The position numbers and the translations under genes were made by a program. From the IMG/VR virus record IMGVR_UViG_3300032087_001789, positions 1 to 63,305 of that record: 63,305 nucleotides of DNA. One strand, 5' to 3'. The notes under the pieces are model-generated. The model did not search any database, was not told the origin of the DNA, and saw only the letters and a list, made by a program, of their open reading frames with translations. This document shows, in pieces, positions 44,995 to 55,395 of the stretch. The stretch is from a virus. Lineage: Duplodnaviria; Caudoviricetes. Every line of letters begins with the position of its first letter. Within the stretch, counting starts at the first letter, position 1.

Positions 44995-45278
44995 TTTACT
45001 TTATTAGCCCAATACGCCGCAGATAGTTTACCTTTTGCGATATTTCTTCTGTGACGCGCTTTGAACGATGCACGTTTCTTTTTCATTCTGTCAGACTCAC
45101 CTGCTTTAGGCTTACCTGCTGTAGACGCTCCTTGCTCACCGAAACGGATTAGTTTTGTCGTGCTGCCCTCCTTAGCCAAAACGATGTGTGACTTTTTAGG
45201 GTGCTGAGGTGTACGCTTAGGTTTGTTTACCCCCGCTAATCTATGTTTCTTGAGTAGGTTTTTTATTCTGTTGTCCAT
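44988..45278 (-). CDS. Small basic conserved viral protein
   Basis: KRTP.HPKKSH.VLA......IRFG.QG...R.SFKARH...SAAYWA.KVKW. Confidence 0.75.
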   Translation of the reverse strand: MDNRIKNLLKKHRLAGVNKPKRTPQHPKKSHIVLAKEGSTTKLIRFGEQGASTAGKPKAGESDRMKKKRASFKARHRRNIAKGKLSAAYWANKVKW

Positions 45279-45283
45279 AGATG

Positions 45284-45330
45284 CAAAGATACATAAAAAA
45301 AAGAAAAGGGGAGCAAAGCCCCCCTTCGTA
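45284..45330 (-). promoter_or_regulatory. Terminator followed by a TATCTTTG promoter (near-leaderless)
   Basis: Promoter 45284-45291, 5 nt from the ATG; hairpin plus poly-T at about 45295-45327. Confidence 0.7.
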
Positions 45331-45370
45331 TTCTAAGTGTAAAAACCACTAACCACAAAATCCACTTAGA

Positions 45371-45631
45371 TTATTCTTTATCAGGTTCAATTAGTTCACC
45401 TGTCTCTACGTTAATGTTAACGTTACCGTACTTTTCCATAAGTGTAGACTGCAATGCAGAAAGTTCCGATTGCACATTCTTCAACAGACTATTAGCCTCG
45501 CTGAACTGAAACTGAGCCTCAGCCAACTGACGCGCAAGAGAGTTGAACCTGCCCTCATTAGTACGCAATGATTCGATAGCCTTTACAAGACTTTCGTGTT
45601 CCTTCTTTGTTAGTTTTTTTGCTTTAGCCAT
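45371..45631 (-). CDS. Small coiled-coil protein
   Basis: Heptads; KYG.VNIN..TGE C-terminus. Confidence 0.7.
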   Translation of the reverse strand: MAKAKKLTKKEHESLVKAIESLRTNEGRFNSLARQLAEAQFQFSEANSLLKNVQSELSALQSTLMEKYGNVNINVETGELIEPDKE

Positions 45632-45691
45632 AACTAAATTAAATTTTAATGCTATGTAACTAATATACCGAAGGTATATTTAAAAAACAAG

Positions 45692-46660
45692 TTAATATGC
45701 TGTTCTTGTGGCACTGTTTGTAGAAACCGCAGGGAAAAGACCCGCAGAGTCTGCTGTATCAGAATCAAATGTAAATTCAGTAGCCAATCCTGTGCTAAAC
45801 GAATTTGCAGAGTCCGCTACTGTTCCTGAGTTGTACAAAGCAGAAACGTTAGAGGCAGACAAAGCAGAAGTAAATATCTTAACCTCATCTATATCTCCAA
45901 CAAATCCACCCGCAGTTGTAGTCGGATTGTGGTTGTTGTTACCCAAGGTAATATAATTTACCGCTCTTGTTGTTCTTGCTCCCGAACCTGCGCCTGAAGG
46001 CGACGTTACCTCTGTTGCATTCCAATAAAATGTAAAAGCATTTGCAGGTGTAGACTGAGAGGCATCGTACACAACAGTAAGCAAACAGAATCCATCGGAG
46101 TTTACGTTACCTCTATTTGTGCTTGACCAAAGTGTAGAGGCGCTTGTACCCAACCCCATAGAAGAGTTGTTTGCCTCTATTTCGTAGTTAAGAGTAAAGT
46201 TAACAGAGTTAGTTCTAAAACGTATAACAAACCTGTTACCGTTTTTATCGTATTGCAAGAAAAACCTATCTGTTGAAGTGGTATTGTTGGTAGACATATC
46301 CCAAAGAATTTGGTTTTGTTGTGCTGCTGCTGTAGCATCTTGTCTAACCCACATGGATATAGTTAGGTCTTGACTTGAACTCAAATTAAATGGAGATGTA
46401 AATGCAGATTTTTTTAACGCATTACCCCTAACGTAACTCAAGTGATGAGAGTTAGTGTAAGATGATGCGCTATGGTCGTATCCATACCATTCGCTAATTT
46501 GATGGGGTTCGGTGTTATTTGGATACAAAGCAGACGCTGTGTTTATTGTAGCATACGTTCCTGCAACCGCGTTTGCAAAACTAAACGTGGAAGAGGCGGT
46601 CTGCCCTATTTCTGATTGTATCTCAGAAACTTTTATTTGACCTGACGATTGTAGAGCCAT
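45692..46660 (-). CDS. LamG/concanavalin-like domain virion protein
   Basis: TISMWV...F.GDIDEVKIF..ALS...V..LYN. Confidence 0.75.
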   Translation of the reverse strand: MALQSSGQIKVSEIQSEIGQTASSTFSFANAVAGTYATINTASALYPNNTEPHQISEWYGYDHSASSYTNSHHLSYVRGNALKKSAFTSPFNLSSSQDLTISMWVRQDATAAAQQNQILWDMSTNNTTSTDRFFLQYDKNGNRFVIRFRTNSVNFTLNYEIEANNSSMGLGTSASTLWSSTNRGNVNSDGFCLLTVVYDASQSTPANAFTFYWNATEVTSPSGAGSGARTTRAVNYITLGNNNHNPTTTAGGFVGDIDEVKIFTSALSASNVSALYNSGTVADSANSFSTGLATEFTFDSDTADSAGLFPAVSTNSATRTAY

Positions 46661-47883
46661 TATAGTCTGTTTTCTAAGTCGATTACCCTTTCCTCTAACT
46701 GAGCAATAATGTCCTGTTGTTCTTTGTTAGACTCAATAAGTAGTGCAATTAGTTTTTCGTAATCTACGGTTTTATATGATGTAGAACTATCATCTAAACC
46801 ACCTACCAATATAAGTTCCTTTTCGCGGACAATTGAAGGCACTACAGACTCAACCTCTTGTGCAATTAAACCTATCTCACGCTGCCCCTTACGGCTTCCC
46901 TTGCTCCAAGTGTACTCTACCCCCCTGAGTTGAGAAACCTTTTCAGAAGCGTTTTCAATAGTTTCTACGTCCTCTTTTAGACGCGCATCAGATATAGTAG
47001 AAGAATATGCAATAATATCTCCATCGCAATGTAACTCAGGTGCGCCGTCATTACGGAATGCACCTGCAATAGCGCCGTTAACAAAAAAGTCCATACGAGT
47101 ACCTGAACCCGCATCAAACTGAATGTAGTCGTTTGCACTGCTACCTACATAGGTAACGTCTCCGCGAAGGTCAGACTCCAAAGAAAATACCGTACCCGTT
47201 AAGTCGAGTCCTGCACCTGCTGTGTAGGTAGTATTTGTGTTTGTTGCGTTAATTGTAGTTCCTGTAATCGTAAGGTTGCTACCCGCTGTAAGCCAAGCGA
47301 ATGCACCTGCCGAGTCATCCCAAAATGCGATTCTATCAGCGTTAGGGTCTGCAAGACTTTGAAGCCCTAAGTGCTTTAATTGAATGTCAAATTCACCCGC
47401 ACCGTTGTTTGAAACATAAATACCATTAGACCCTGCAATTGTAACTGTTCCGCCGTCAGCAACAGCATTACTTGTACCAAAGCCGTCAGCGACATTAAAC
47501 TCGCTAAACGGGTAGGTAACAGCCGCAGAAGTAAGACCTGTAACGTGACCATTACTGTCCAATGTTACGTCCTGTATATATGTATTGCCTGAGTTGTTTA
47601 CACTTGATGCCGCTGTAATGTTAGGGTGCGCTGTTAGATATCTACCATCAAGGTTTACGGTTACCGCAGTCTGATTCTGAACCGTTAAGGTTACGACACC
47701 TGTTGTGGTGTTAAACGCAGCCGCGGTTACATAGTCGTTTGTATCTGTAGTACCTGAAGGTAGGTCTACCCAAGTTACAGTACCTGAGCCATTAGTCTGT
47801 AGAATCTGATTAGCAGAGCCGTCAGATAACGGTAGTGTAAAGTTAGGGGAAGACCCAACCTCGATGTTTTTTAGGAATTTCAT
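46660..47883 (-). CDS. Tail fibre with C-terminal intramolecular chaperone (peptidase S74)
   Basis: SDARLKEDV, IGLIAQEVE, VDYEKLIALLIE, terminal coiled coil. Confidence 0.88.
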   Translation of the reverse strand: MKFLKNIEVGSSPNFTLPLSDGSANQILQTNGSGTVTWVDLPSGTTDTNDYVTAAAFNTTTGVVTLTVQNQTAVTVNLDGRYLTAHPNITAASSVNNSGNTYIQDVTLDSNGHVTGLTSAAVTYPFSEFNVADGFGTSNAVADGGTVTIAGSNGIYVSNNGAGEFDIQLKHLGLQSLADPNADRIAFWDDSAGAFAWLTAGSNLTITGTTINATNTNTTYTAGAGLDLTGTVFSLESDLRGDVTYVGSSANDYIQFDAGSGTRMDFFVNGAIAGAFRNDGAPELHCDGDIIAYSSTISDARLKEDVETIENASEKVSQLRGVEYTWSKGSRKGQREIGLIAQEVESVVPSIVREKELILVGGLDDSSTSYKTVDYEKLIALLIESNKEQQDIIAQLEERVIDLENRL

Positions 47884-47901
47884 AGATATCTAATTGTACT
47901 G

Positions 47902-47945
47902 CAAATATACAAAAAAAGAAGGCGATGCACAAGCACCGCCCTCTA
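47902..47945 (-). promoter_or_regulatory. Terminator followed by a TATATTTG promoter
   Basis: Promoter 47902-47909; hairpin plus poly-T at 47911-47944. Confidence 0.65.
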
Positions 47946-47967
47946 TGTATAGTAAACAAGTTATTTA

Positions 47968-50067
47968 TTATGCAATAACGCGCAACATAACTTTGTAATC
48001 CTGAGTTGCAGATGGAGCAGACCCAAAAGCAATTGTGATTGTGTTGTCACCATCTCTCTCTACATCTGCGTAAACAGTCTCGTAAGTAGCGCCTGTACCG
48101 TTATTACCGAAATCAACAACTTCAGCCATAACCATTCGTGTACCAAAGTTGTGAGTTAAACTAAACGAGGTAGTTGTAGCATCACCTGAAATAGTAAATA
48201 CTGCTTCACGGTCAGCACGGAATCGTTCAACACCCTCGGGGGTAACAACAAGAGAACTGCTTGTTCCTGCCGAAGCCTCTGACGTAGTAGCGAGTTCAAC
48301 ACCACCTACAACAGTTGTAGTCGCGTTTGGTAGAACATAGTTGTTTGCATCAGTAGCACCCGTGTAGCCAAGGTCAGCAAGAGTTACAGTACGAGTAGAT
48401 ACTGCGGTAGTGTGACCCAAGGTATTAACGGTAACACCATCAACAACTGTTGCGCCTGTTCCTGAAGCGTTGATTGCAGTCTGAGTTGGGTGAGCGTAGT
48501 TGTTAGCAGTAGTGCTAATTGTCAATGTTCCTGCGCTTTCCGCTACAGAGATAAGACCTGAGCCTGTAACTGTAATTGTATCTCCATTGGTAATTGCAGT
48601 AGAGTTAGTTCCGTCAGAAACATTGAACTCATCCATAGCACCTGTTCCTGCGCCAATGTCAGAAAGAACCTCAGCACCTGTACGGAAATCTACATTACCT
48701 GTAGCATCCAATACAAGGAACTTGTCTGTATCGACACCTGCGTTGACAACAGAATCCAATTGAAGAGTTCCGTCAACTTCAAGAGCGCCTGTACGAACAG
48801 CAGCAGTACCCGCAAGAGTCAACTCATTGTCAGCACCTGCTTCAACAGTTGTACCAAATACGAACTCGTCAGCAGACTCGTCCCAAATCATCGCTACATT
48901 AGTAGAAGTTCCGCGCTCCACTAATAGACCTGCATCTTCAGATGGAGTTCCTGTGAATCCGTGGTTAAGAACGAATAGACTATCTTCTACACGAACCTCT
49001 TCAGCGAGAGTTACAATGTGGTTACCCGAAACGGTCAAGTCACCGTTTACAGTCAAATCACCAACTGTAACCGCGTTAGTAGTAGTAGCACCACGACCTG
49101 TTACGCTGTCAAGAGTATCAGACTCAGACTGAAGGTAGCGACCATCCAAAGAAACAGAAGCACCTGCATTACCAACACCCGTTAGATTTAGCGTTCCTGA
49201 AGTAAATGTAGCACCACTAATGTAGTCAATATCATTGCTGTCATTAGCGGTAAATGTAATTGTATCAGTAGTTGCATTAGTAGTAATTGTCATATTACTT
49301 CCTGCAGCAAACGTCAATGTATCATCAGTAGCATCTGCAACTACACTTGTTTGACCTGAAACAGCAATAGTTTTAAAACCTGCGTCCTCGTCGCCAATCA
49401 ATAAGTAGCGACCATCTAATGACACACTTGCACCTGCGTTACCAACACCTGTAAGGTTAAGAGTACCACTTGCAAAAGATGCTGCGTTTACATAATCAAT
49501 GTCGTTGCTATCAGAAGCAGCGATTGTAATTACGTCACCTGATTCGCTAATAGTAACGTTAGAGCCACCCGCGATTTCGATACTGTCAGTACCTGAGCCT
49601 GAGCCACCTGCGGTCAAGACAATAGTAGATGAGTTTGCAGCACCCGCACCAACACTAACAGAATAAGTAGTATCCGTGTTAGTTACAGTTTCAGTAGATG
49701 TGCTAATAGTTTGTACGTGCCCATAAGTATCGAATGTGATACCGTCTACGTAAGTACGAGACGAGGCAGTAAGGTCAGAAACAGACGAAGTGTCTGCGTG
49801 AGCGATAGTTGGGTTAGTCGCTGTACCGCCAACAACGATAGATGAATCACCCGCCGTTACGGATGCAACCGCAGAAGTACCTGTAGCCAATTGCTCCCAA
49901 CTCGTTGCAGCAGCACCATCATTGTAGAATAGAGCGTCAAGCGTAGTTGAGTAGACAATCTGACCTTCCGTACCACTAAGGTTTCCGTCGGGGTTACCTG
50001 CATAGTTATGAATTACAGCGTTCTGCAACTCATTGCTTTGCAAGTCAAGATTGTTTAAGAATTTCAT
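47968..50067 (-). CDS. Tail fibre protein with internal repeats
   Basis: T/G/S-rich; duplicated ...LDGRYL module; WDESAD motif. Confidence 0.8.
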   Translation of the reverse strand: MKFLNNLDLQSNELQNAVIHNYAGNPDGNLSGTEGQIVYSTTLDALFYNDGAAATSWEQLATGTSAVASVTAGDSSIVVGGTATNPTIAHADTSSVSDLTASSRTYVDGITFDTYGHVQTISTSTETVTNTDTTYSVSVGAGAANSSTIVLTAGGSGSGTDSIEIAGGSNVTISESGDVITIAASDSNDIDYVNAASFASGTLNLTGVGNAGASVSLDGRYLLIGDEDAGFKTIAVSGQTSVVADATDDTLTFAAGSNMTITTNATTDTITFTANDSNDIDYISGATFTSGTLNLTGVGNAGASVSLDGRYLQSESDTLDSVTGRGATTTNAVTVGDLTVNGDLTVSGNHIVTLAEEVRVEDSLFVLNHGFTGTPSEDAGLLVERGTSTNVAMIWDESADEFVFGTTVEAGADNELTLAGTAAVRTGALEVDGTLQLDSVVNAGVDTDKFLVLDATGNVDFRTGAEVLSDIGAGTGAMDEFNVSDGTNSTAITNGDTITVTGSGLISVAESAGTLTISTTANNYAHPTQTAINASGTGATVVDGVTVNTLGHTTAVSTRTVTLADLGYTGATDANNYVLPNATTTVVGGVELATTSEASAGTSSSLVVTPEGVERFRADREAVFTISGDATTTSFSLTHNFGTRMVMAEVVDFGNNGTGATYETVYADVERDGDNTITIAFGSAPSATQDYKVMLRVIA

Positions 50068-50112
50068 TTGCAAAAAGTTTATGTTATATAACTATCTGCA
50101 AAGATAAGAAAA

Positions 50113-50478
50113 TTAGTTGAAGTAAGCCTTCCCTGAGAATTGACCGCGTACAATTAGTTTTACACTGTCATCGTCAATATATTCGACATCAGGGTACTGA
50201 GTCTGATTAAATGAGTCTACGATAGTTACAGAAGGCTTTTTCTTTAGGTTGTGCGTAATAGTAGTTTCCCACTCGCTACCGTTTGCAGTCCAATCGTTAA
50301 CGTTAATAGTAGCGGTAAAATGCTTGTCTGATGCTGCGGCTACACCTACAATAGACTGACGGTCAACAATAGAAATCTGACTCGGAGAGTTCTGAGATAC
50401 AGAAATAGACTGAGTAGGTTGCGTTACGGAAACGCTGTTACCTTTTGAGGGTACAGTTATGTTAGCAGTTATAGCCAT
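50113..50478 (-). CDS. Tail-fibre-associated small protein
   Basis: W..TITHNL.KKPSVTIVDS...FSGKAYFN. Confidence 0.7.
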   Translation of the reverse strand: MAITANITVPSKGNSVSVTQPTQSISVSQNSPSQISIVDRQSIVGVAAASDKHFTATINVNDWTANGSEWETTITHNLKKKPSVTIVDSFNQTQYPDVEYIDDDSVKLIVRGQFSGKAYFN

Positions 50479-50485
50479 CTGACTA

Positions 50486-50854
50486 TTAGAGAGTTACGTC
50501 GTCAATAATTGTAAAAAGTCCGTAGAACCAAGTTGTTCTAACGCTATTGCCGTCGGTAGCCTGAAGGTCATACACAAAAGTACCCGACTCTACAGCAGCC
50601 ATATCCGTGTAGGACTTTGTCGCTGTCAATACTCCCTCGGGTGTTCCGCTAAAGTCCGCCATTAAAAACTCAAGTACAGGAGTACCTGTATCCTCATCGG
50701 TAGGACGTACATCAAGATTGAAATCGACATACTCGTCTAAGTTCAATCCTGCACCTGTAGAATCCTTGATTGTAATTACCAACTCGAACGTATCGCCCTT
50801 TCTGCAGGTGATGTCAAGTCTTTGTGCTATATCTAAATTTGCTTTCAACGCCAT
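50486..50854 (-). CDS. Small virion protein (BppU/Ig-like)
   Basis: GDTF, VYDLQ, TW.YG.F.I..DVT. Confidence 0.65.
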   Translation of the reverse strand: MALKANLDIAQRLDITCRKGDTFELVITIKDSTGAGLNLDEYVDFNLDVRPTDEDTGTPVLEFLMADFSGTPEGVLTATKSYTDMAAVESGTFVYDLQATDGNSVRTTWFYGLFTIIDDVTL

Positions 50855-50881
50855 AATGCAAAGGTACGAAAAATTACGTTA

Positions 50882-53800
50882 TTATAATCCGCTAATACTA
50901 ACAGTCTCAATGTCGTTAGACTGCATTCCAACAAAGTCTAATCTTCCGTTGGAGTTATCTGCGGGTTGTGCTTGATTGCGGATGTTATTATTAAACGAGT
51001 CATTAGTACCGTCACCCATAAGCCATATTTGAGTAGAACTACCTGAAGAGCCATCTCCTTTTGAGAAGTTAAAAGAAGTATTACTTGAACTCCACGGTAG
51101 TCTAAACGTCTGACCTATCTTGTAATCTGTCATCCATTGCATAGGGTTTACAATCATTTCTTCAATCTCTGCTGACGAAGGCATAAGTACGTTATTTTTC
51201 AACGTGGTAACAACCATACTCGCAACTTTACCGTGAAAGTTTCTGTTTGTTCCACGACCACCAATAGTAAAAGACCCAACTGTACCTGCCTGAAACTGTC
51301 TGTCCATTCTACCACCTGTGGAAACCCAATCAGAAGATGTAGACAGATTAGTTCCTGAACCCGAGGTAAAACTATCGCTTGAACCCATTAAACGAATGTC
51401 AAATGCAGCGGCTAAGTTAGCAGCAGTAGCATCTGTTCCGCTTAGGCGAGTACCGTTATGTGCAATATAAATTCCATACCAATTACCTGCTGTTAAAGTC
51501 CATCCTGTACCTGTATTCGCAGGGTGTATTAAGAACTCATTTAAAGCACCATCTCTACCCCAACCGAAGTACAGTTTGCCTGTAGCGTCTGTTCTTAAAT
51601 AAATGTTATCGTCCGTACTTCCTGCACCTTCACCTAAGTTCCAAATGTGTTGGTTAGATGAATTTTTGTCTGAACTAAATACAATCGCAGTAGCCCAAGG
51701 TTTACCTACAGTATACCCCGAAGTAGTTGGAGCGGATACCGTTACAGAAGTACCACCCATATAGATAGCATTTCTGTTTGTATCAGGATTCACCTGTTGC
51801 ATTCTTTCGTTACCTCCACTAAAGTCAATAGCCCTTGTCCAAGCAGTAGCGCTTGTTGATGCAGCGGGTAAAGCGTGTTCACTTATGCCCGACGTAGAAA
51901 TGTCAACCTGAGTATCAACAGCAGCGATTACTATAGTTTTAGATTCTGTTACAACCGTATCGTAAGTAGAAGTGTAAGTCCAAGAACCTCCATTAGCAGC
52001 CGTAGCCTCTGTATCCTTATTTGCAGAAGACAGATTGTAATTCGCTTCAAGAACACCTCCATCATTAGAAAGATAAAAGTCGTAACCCAAGTTGCTTGAG
52101 TAAGCGTGTGTAACTGCGCTATTTTCTGCCCCGTTTACAAGACGAGCAACTTTAACTTGGCTTGATGAAACGTATTCAAATCTAAAACCATTTGTAAAGT
52201 CTCCGTTACCAATAGTTCCCCATCCGCTTGATAGGTTACTTGCAAAGCCCACAAATACTTTGTCTCCTGACGCTTGTAGAGCGGGGAGAATGTTTGTAGT
52301 AACATACGAGTCTGTCATCTTAAATCTGTACCCATCTTGAACCGTGTCATCTACGGAAACCGCAGAACCATTATCAAGAGTGTCAGAGTCAACCAATGTA
52401 GCGCTGCCCGATATATGTGTGAATCCGCTAATCGGCGTAGCAGGTGCTGTTAAGTTATTGACAGTAAAAGTCAAAGTACCAACACTACTCCCGTAGTCGT
52501 TAGCCTTTGTTACTGTAATACTATAAACATCCGTAGGATTGCTTGTTGTATCTCCACTAACATCAGGAGCAGTACCCTGAAGATATCCTGTAGTAGAGTT
52601 AAACGCTAACCCCGCAGGAATGTTTGTTAAACTATAAGTAGCAACATCTCCTAAAGGTACAATTTGTAAGTTTACAGTTGCGCCCTCATCCACAGTAACA
52701 GACTGATTGAATTGAGATGGTACATATTCTGCATCGTCTCCCGTAGATATTTCATTATATGTAATACCCGCAGGTGGCGTTGGCGCTGAGTTTGCATCTA
52801 CAGCACCATATGTATTTGGTTTGTACCAAGTATTTATAGACGGTAATTCGTCAATCCAAGTGTGCTGAGTTGCAAATCCCGAACCCGATGAGGCAGTACC
52901 GTAAAGTTCATCTACGCTTTCTGCATCGGACTGATTATCAAACAATGGGTATGTATACTCACCATCAGGAGACTCAATGTAGTACCAAGTAAATGAAGCA
53001 CCAAGAACCTCTTCGTTTACAGTTGCGTTGCGAATACCGTTTAGTTCGTTAGCCAAAGGCATAATAGCAATCATTCTCAAGTCAGTACCTGTGGCTACAG
53101 CAGTAGCAGTACGACCAATGACTTCAAATGTTCCGTCTGTTTTCTCGTATGCAATATATCCACGACGGTCTTGGTCTAAACCTAATCTAAATGTTTCCTT
53201 AGTCTGAGGAGAGTTGTTAAAACCTGACTCAACAACCTTTCCGTATCCGTTGTCTGACGAGTCTGCAAACAAAAATGGACTGTTTTTTAGTCTAAGGTAA
53301 AGCATAGACTTAACAGCATTACCCGCAACATCAACATCTAAGTCTGCTACATCGTATGTAGTTTCATCAAATAGCCCAACGTAAATACCCTGACCTGCAG
53401 ACCAATCGCCTTGGTCTTGAGAAAACTCAAAGTATTCACCTGCTTCGCTAATTGTTTGATTTGAGTAAATACCATTAGATGTATCGAAGTTTCCTTGCTC
53501 TCTCGTAGAAGTGTACCCTAATGTAGCGCCTGAGCCTGTTTCTGTAATTCTGTCTCCATACACTGTAAATGTAGCAGAAGATGAGGTGGTAGTAGTTGAG
53601 GTGATTGTAGTACCTGTATCTGAGCCGATAGCACTTCCCGACAAAACTTCATTAAGCCTGTCTACACAGGCAGAAACTGTATTGAAACCTGTTACAGCCC
53701 CATCGTTTACAGAAACATTGTAGTGTCTTATATCCGTATAAATGCTTTTGTTTCCTCGTACAGTTTTAACATCTATAGTTCCGCTATCATTCGCAGACGC

Positions 53801-54193
53801 AACTAAAGAATTAACAGCGTGAATATCTCCATTGCTGAACAAGACCGTTGTATTTGTTGAGTCTCTTTGAGCGTCTAACAAGTCCAATTGGCTAAATGCA
53901 AAAGTACCTGTATTTGATACAACGTTTGCATTAAGTGTAATATAATCAGCCGCTGCAGACGGAGAGTCAAAATCATTTCCATCTTTATCTTGAAACGATG
54001 TATAAGGAATGCTGTAAAATTCATATACAGTAGTTCCTTCTTCTACGCTTCGTATATCGTTAATAACGTCAATGTTGTTGTCGTTGTCCTCATTGATTTG
54101 AGCAGATAAACAAGAGTTCCAATATACAGGGTTTGTAGACCCAATAAATGTAATACAGTTTCCTGCTTCGTTACGTGTTACTCTAATAGCCAT
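50882..54193 (-). CDS. Large receptor-binding/adhesin-like virion protein (Ig-like plus lectin-like domains)
   Basis: IPAGLAFNSTTGYLQGT He_PIG-like motif; C-terminal LamG-like region. Confidence 0.7.
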   Translation of the reverse strand: MAIRVTRNEAGNCITFIGSTNPVYWNSCLSAQINEDNDNNIDVINDIRSVEEGTTVYEFYSIPYTSFQDKDGNDFDSPSAAADYITLNANVVSNTGTFAFSQLDLLDAQRDSTNTTVLFSNGDIHAVNSLVASANDSGTIDVKTVRGNKSIYTDIRHYNVSVNDGAVTGFNTVSACVDRLNEVLSGSAIGSDTGTTITSTTTTSSSATFTVYGDRITETGSGATLGYTSTREQGNFDTSNGIYSNQTISEAGEYFEFSQDQGDWSAGQGIYVGLFDETTYDVADLDVDVAGNAVKSMLYLRLKNSPFLFADSSDNGYGKVVESGFNNSPQTKETFRLGLDQDRRGYIAYEKTDGTFEVIGRTATAVATGTDLRMIAIMPLANELNGIRNATVNEEVLGASFTWYYIESPDGEYTYPLFDNQSDAESVDELYGTASSGSGFATQHTWIDELPSINTWYKPNTYGAVDANSAPTPPAGITYNEISTGDDAEYVPSQFNQSVTVDEGATVNLQIVPLGDVATYSLTNIPAGLAFNSTTGYLQGTAPDVSGDTTSNPTDVYSITVTKANDYGSSVGTLTFTVNNLTAPATPISGFTHISGSATLVDSDTLDNGSAVSVDDTVQDGYRFKMTDSYVTTNILPALQASGDKVFVGFASNLSSGWGTIGNGDFTNGFRFEYVSSSQVKVARLVNGAENSAVTHAYSSNLGYDFYLSNDGGVLEANYNLSSANKDTEATAANGGSWTYTSTYDTVVTESKTIVIAAVDTQVDISTSGISEHALPAASTSATAWTRAIDFSGGNERMQQVNPDTNRNAIYMGGTSVTVSAPTTSGYTVGKPWATAIVFSSDKNSSNQHIWNLGEGAGSTDDNIYLRTDATGKLYFGWGRDGALNEFLIHPANTGTGWTLTAGNWYGIYIAHNGTRLSGTDATAANLAAAFDIRLMGSSDSFTSGSGTNLSTSSDWVSTGGRMDRQFQAGTVGSFTIGGRGTNRNFHGKVASMVVTTLKNNVLMPSSAEIEEMIVNPMQWMTDYKIGQTFRLPWSSSNTSFNFSKGDGSSGSSTQIWLMGDGTNDSFNNNIRNQAQPADNSNGRLDFVGMQSNDIETVSISGL

Positions 54194-54990
54194 TATTTAG
54201 AAATTGTTACAAGCATTGATAAAGGTTGAATAAGCACAGGGTTATCTGCTTTAATAACAGGTAGTGCGATTGCATTAACATCTTCATTAGAAGCAAGATA
54301 CGCCGTTGAGGTTACACGCTGTAGTTTACTAACACCTACTGTTCCCTGACCAAAGAATGCAGTACCTCCTTGAAGGAAAAACTCAAATGTAATAGCATCA
54401 GTGTTGTCTCGTGTAGCCCACCATAGCCCTGTATCTACAGTGGTGTTTTGAATCTGTGGGATGATATTGTAGTCAAAACGAACAGACACTAAGTCTCCTA
54501 CAGATAGTCCATCCAAAGCGATAGTTCCTGTGTCTGTAATCTGATTACCCGTCATAGACGAAGAAGACCACCCGTCAAAAGTATAGTTGATAAGGGTTGT
54601 TGTTTTACCCGCAGGTAAGTGGTCACCACCAAACATACCGTATCCCTGCCAATTTGGGTTAGGCGTAGGGTCAGACCAATAAGGAGTGTCAACTGCTTGG
54701 TGAACAGTATTGCTCAATCCAAATCGAAGATAATCCCCATTGTCTGCGTTAGCCTGTGTGTAAGCGACTTGGTTTGTTGAATCCCAAACGTATCCCGTTA
54801 GGTCAGACTTCGCTTGGAAGCCACCTGTAAATTCGTACCCCGAAGCGTTAACAACCATTTCGAGGTCAGCCTTTTTGGTAGTACCTGAAGCAGCCTGTGT
54901 AGTGTCGTTGGTATCAACAACGGGCAGGAACATACCTGAACCGTCTACGTTCCCTACGTTTGATAATTGTGAAATCTTAGTATTAGCCAT
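54193..54990 (-). CDS. Putative virion structural protein
   Basis: MANTKISQL fibre-type N-terminus. Confidence 0.65.
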   Translation of the reverse strand: MANTKISQLSNVGNVDGSGMFLPVVDTNDTTQAASGTTKKADLEMVVNASGYEFTGGFQAKSDLTGYVWDSTNQVAYTQANADNGDYLRFGLSNTVHQAVDTPYWSDPTPNPNWQGYGMFGGDHLPAGKTTTLINYTFDGWSSSSMTGNQITDTGTIALDGLSVGDLVSVRFDYNIIPQIQNTTVDTGLWWATRDNTDAITFEFFLQGGTAFFGQGTVGVSKLQRVTSTAYLASNEDVNAIALPVIKADNPVLIQPLSMLVTISK

Positions 54991-54991
54991 A

Positions 54992-55132
54992 TTATAGGTT
55001 TTCTCTAATTAAGTTATCGCCGTCTTCCTCTACTATGGGTTGACCGTCCTCTGTAGTCAAAAAACTAACATAGAGGTTTTGGTTGCCCATCTCGGTCATA
55101 TACTGTAGACCGAATGTAACCCCCAACAGCAT
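54992..55132 (-). CDS. 46-aa peptide (not in ORF track)
   Basis: MLLGVTFGL...LTTEDGQPIVEEDGDNLIRE; TAATG coupling. Confidence 0.6.
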   Translation of the reverse strand: MLLGVTFGLQYMTEMGNQNLYVSFLTTEDGQPIVEEDGDNLIRENL

Positions 55133-55395
55133 TACTTAATATATGCTAACAACTTACCTGTGCCGACTGATACGTTTGTGATGTTACCATAGATAATCAT
55201 CCCTTGTTGCAAGTCTTCTCCGTTTAGGTCGTCACCTGTCGCTGTGGTTAATACTGTGTTCGTTGTGTTTGATATGCAGTATACAGCACAATACGTTTCA
55301 CCTGCAGGTTTAGAAAACGTGTTATCTACAACACGGAATCCGTCCTGAGCAAAAGTCTGTCTGCGGTATTCTGATGGGTTCTGTAGGTTAGCCAT
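55132..55395 (-). CDS. Small structural protein
   Basis: G.IIYG.IT.V....GKLLAY. Confidence 0.7.
   Translation of the reverse strand: MANLQNPSEYRRQTFAQDGFRVVDNTFSKPAGETYCAVYCISNTTNTVLTTATGDDLNGEDLQQGMIIYGNITNVSVGTGKLLAYIK

Noticed and set aside
49131-49510. Diversity-generating retroelement TR/VR pair
   Set aside because: Differences are synonymous rather than adenine-specific, both copies are in-frame in one gene, and no reverse transcriptase is present.
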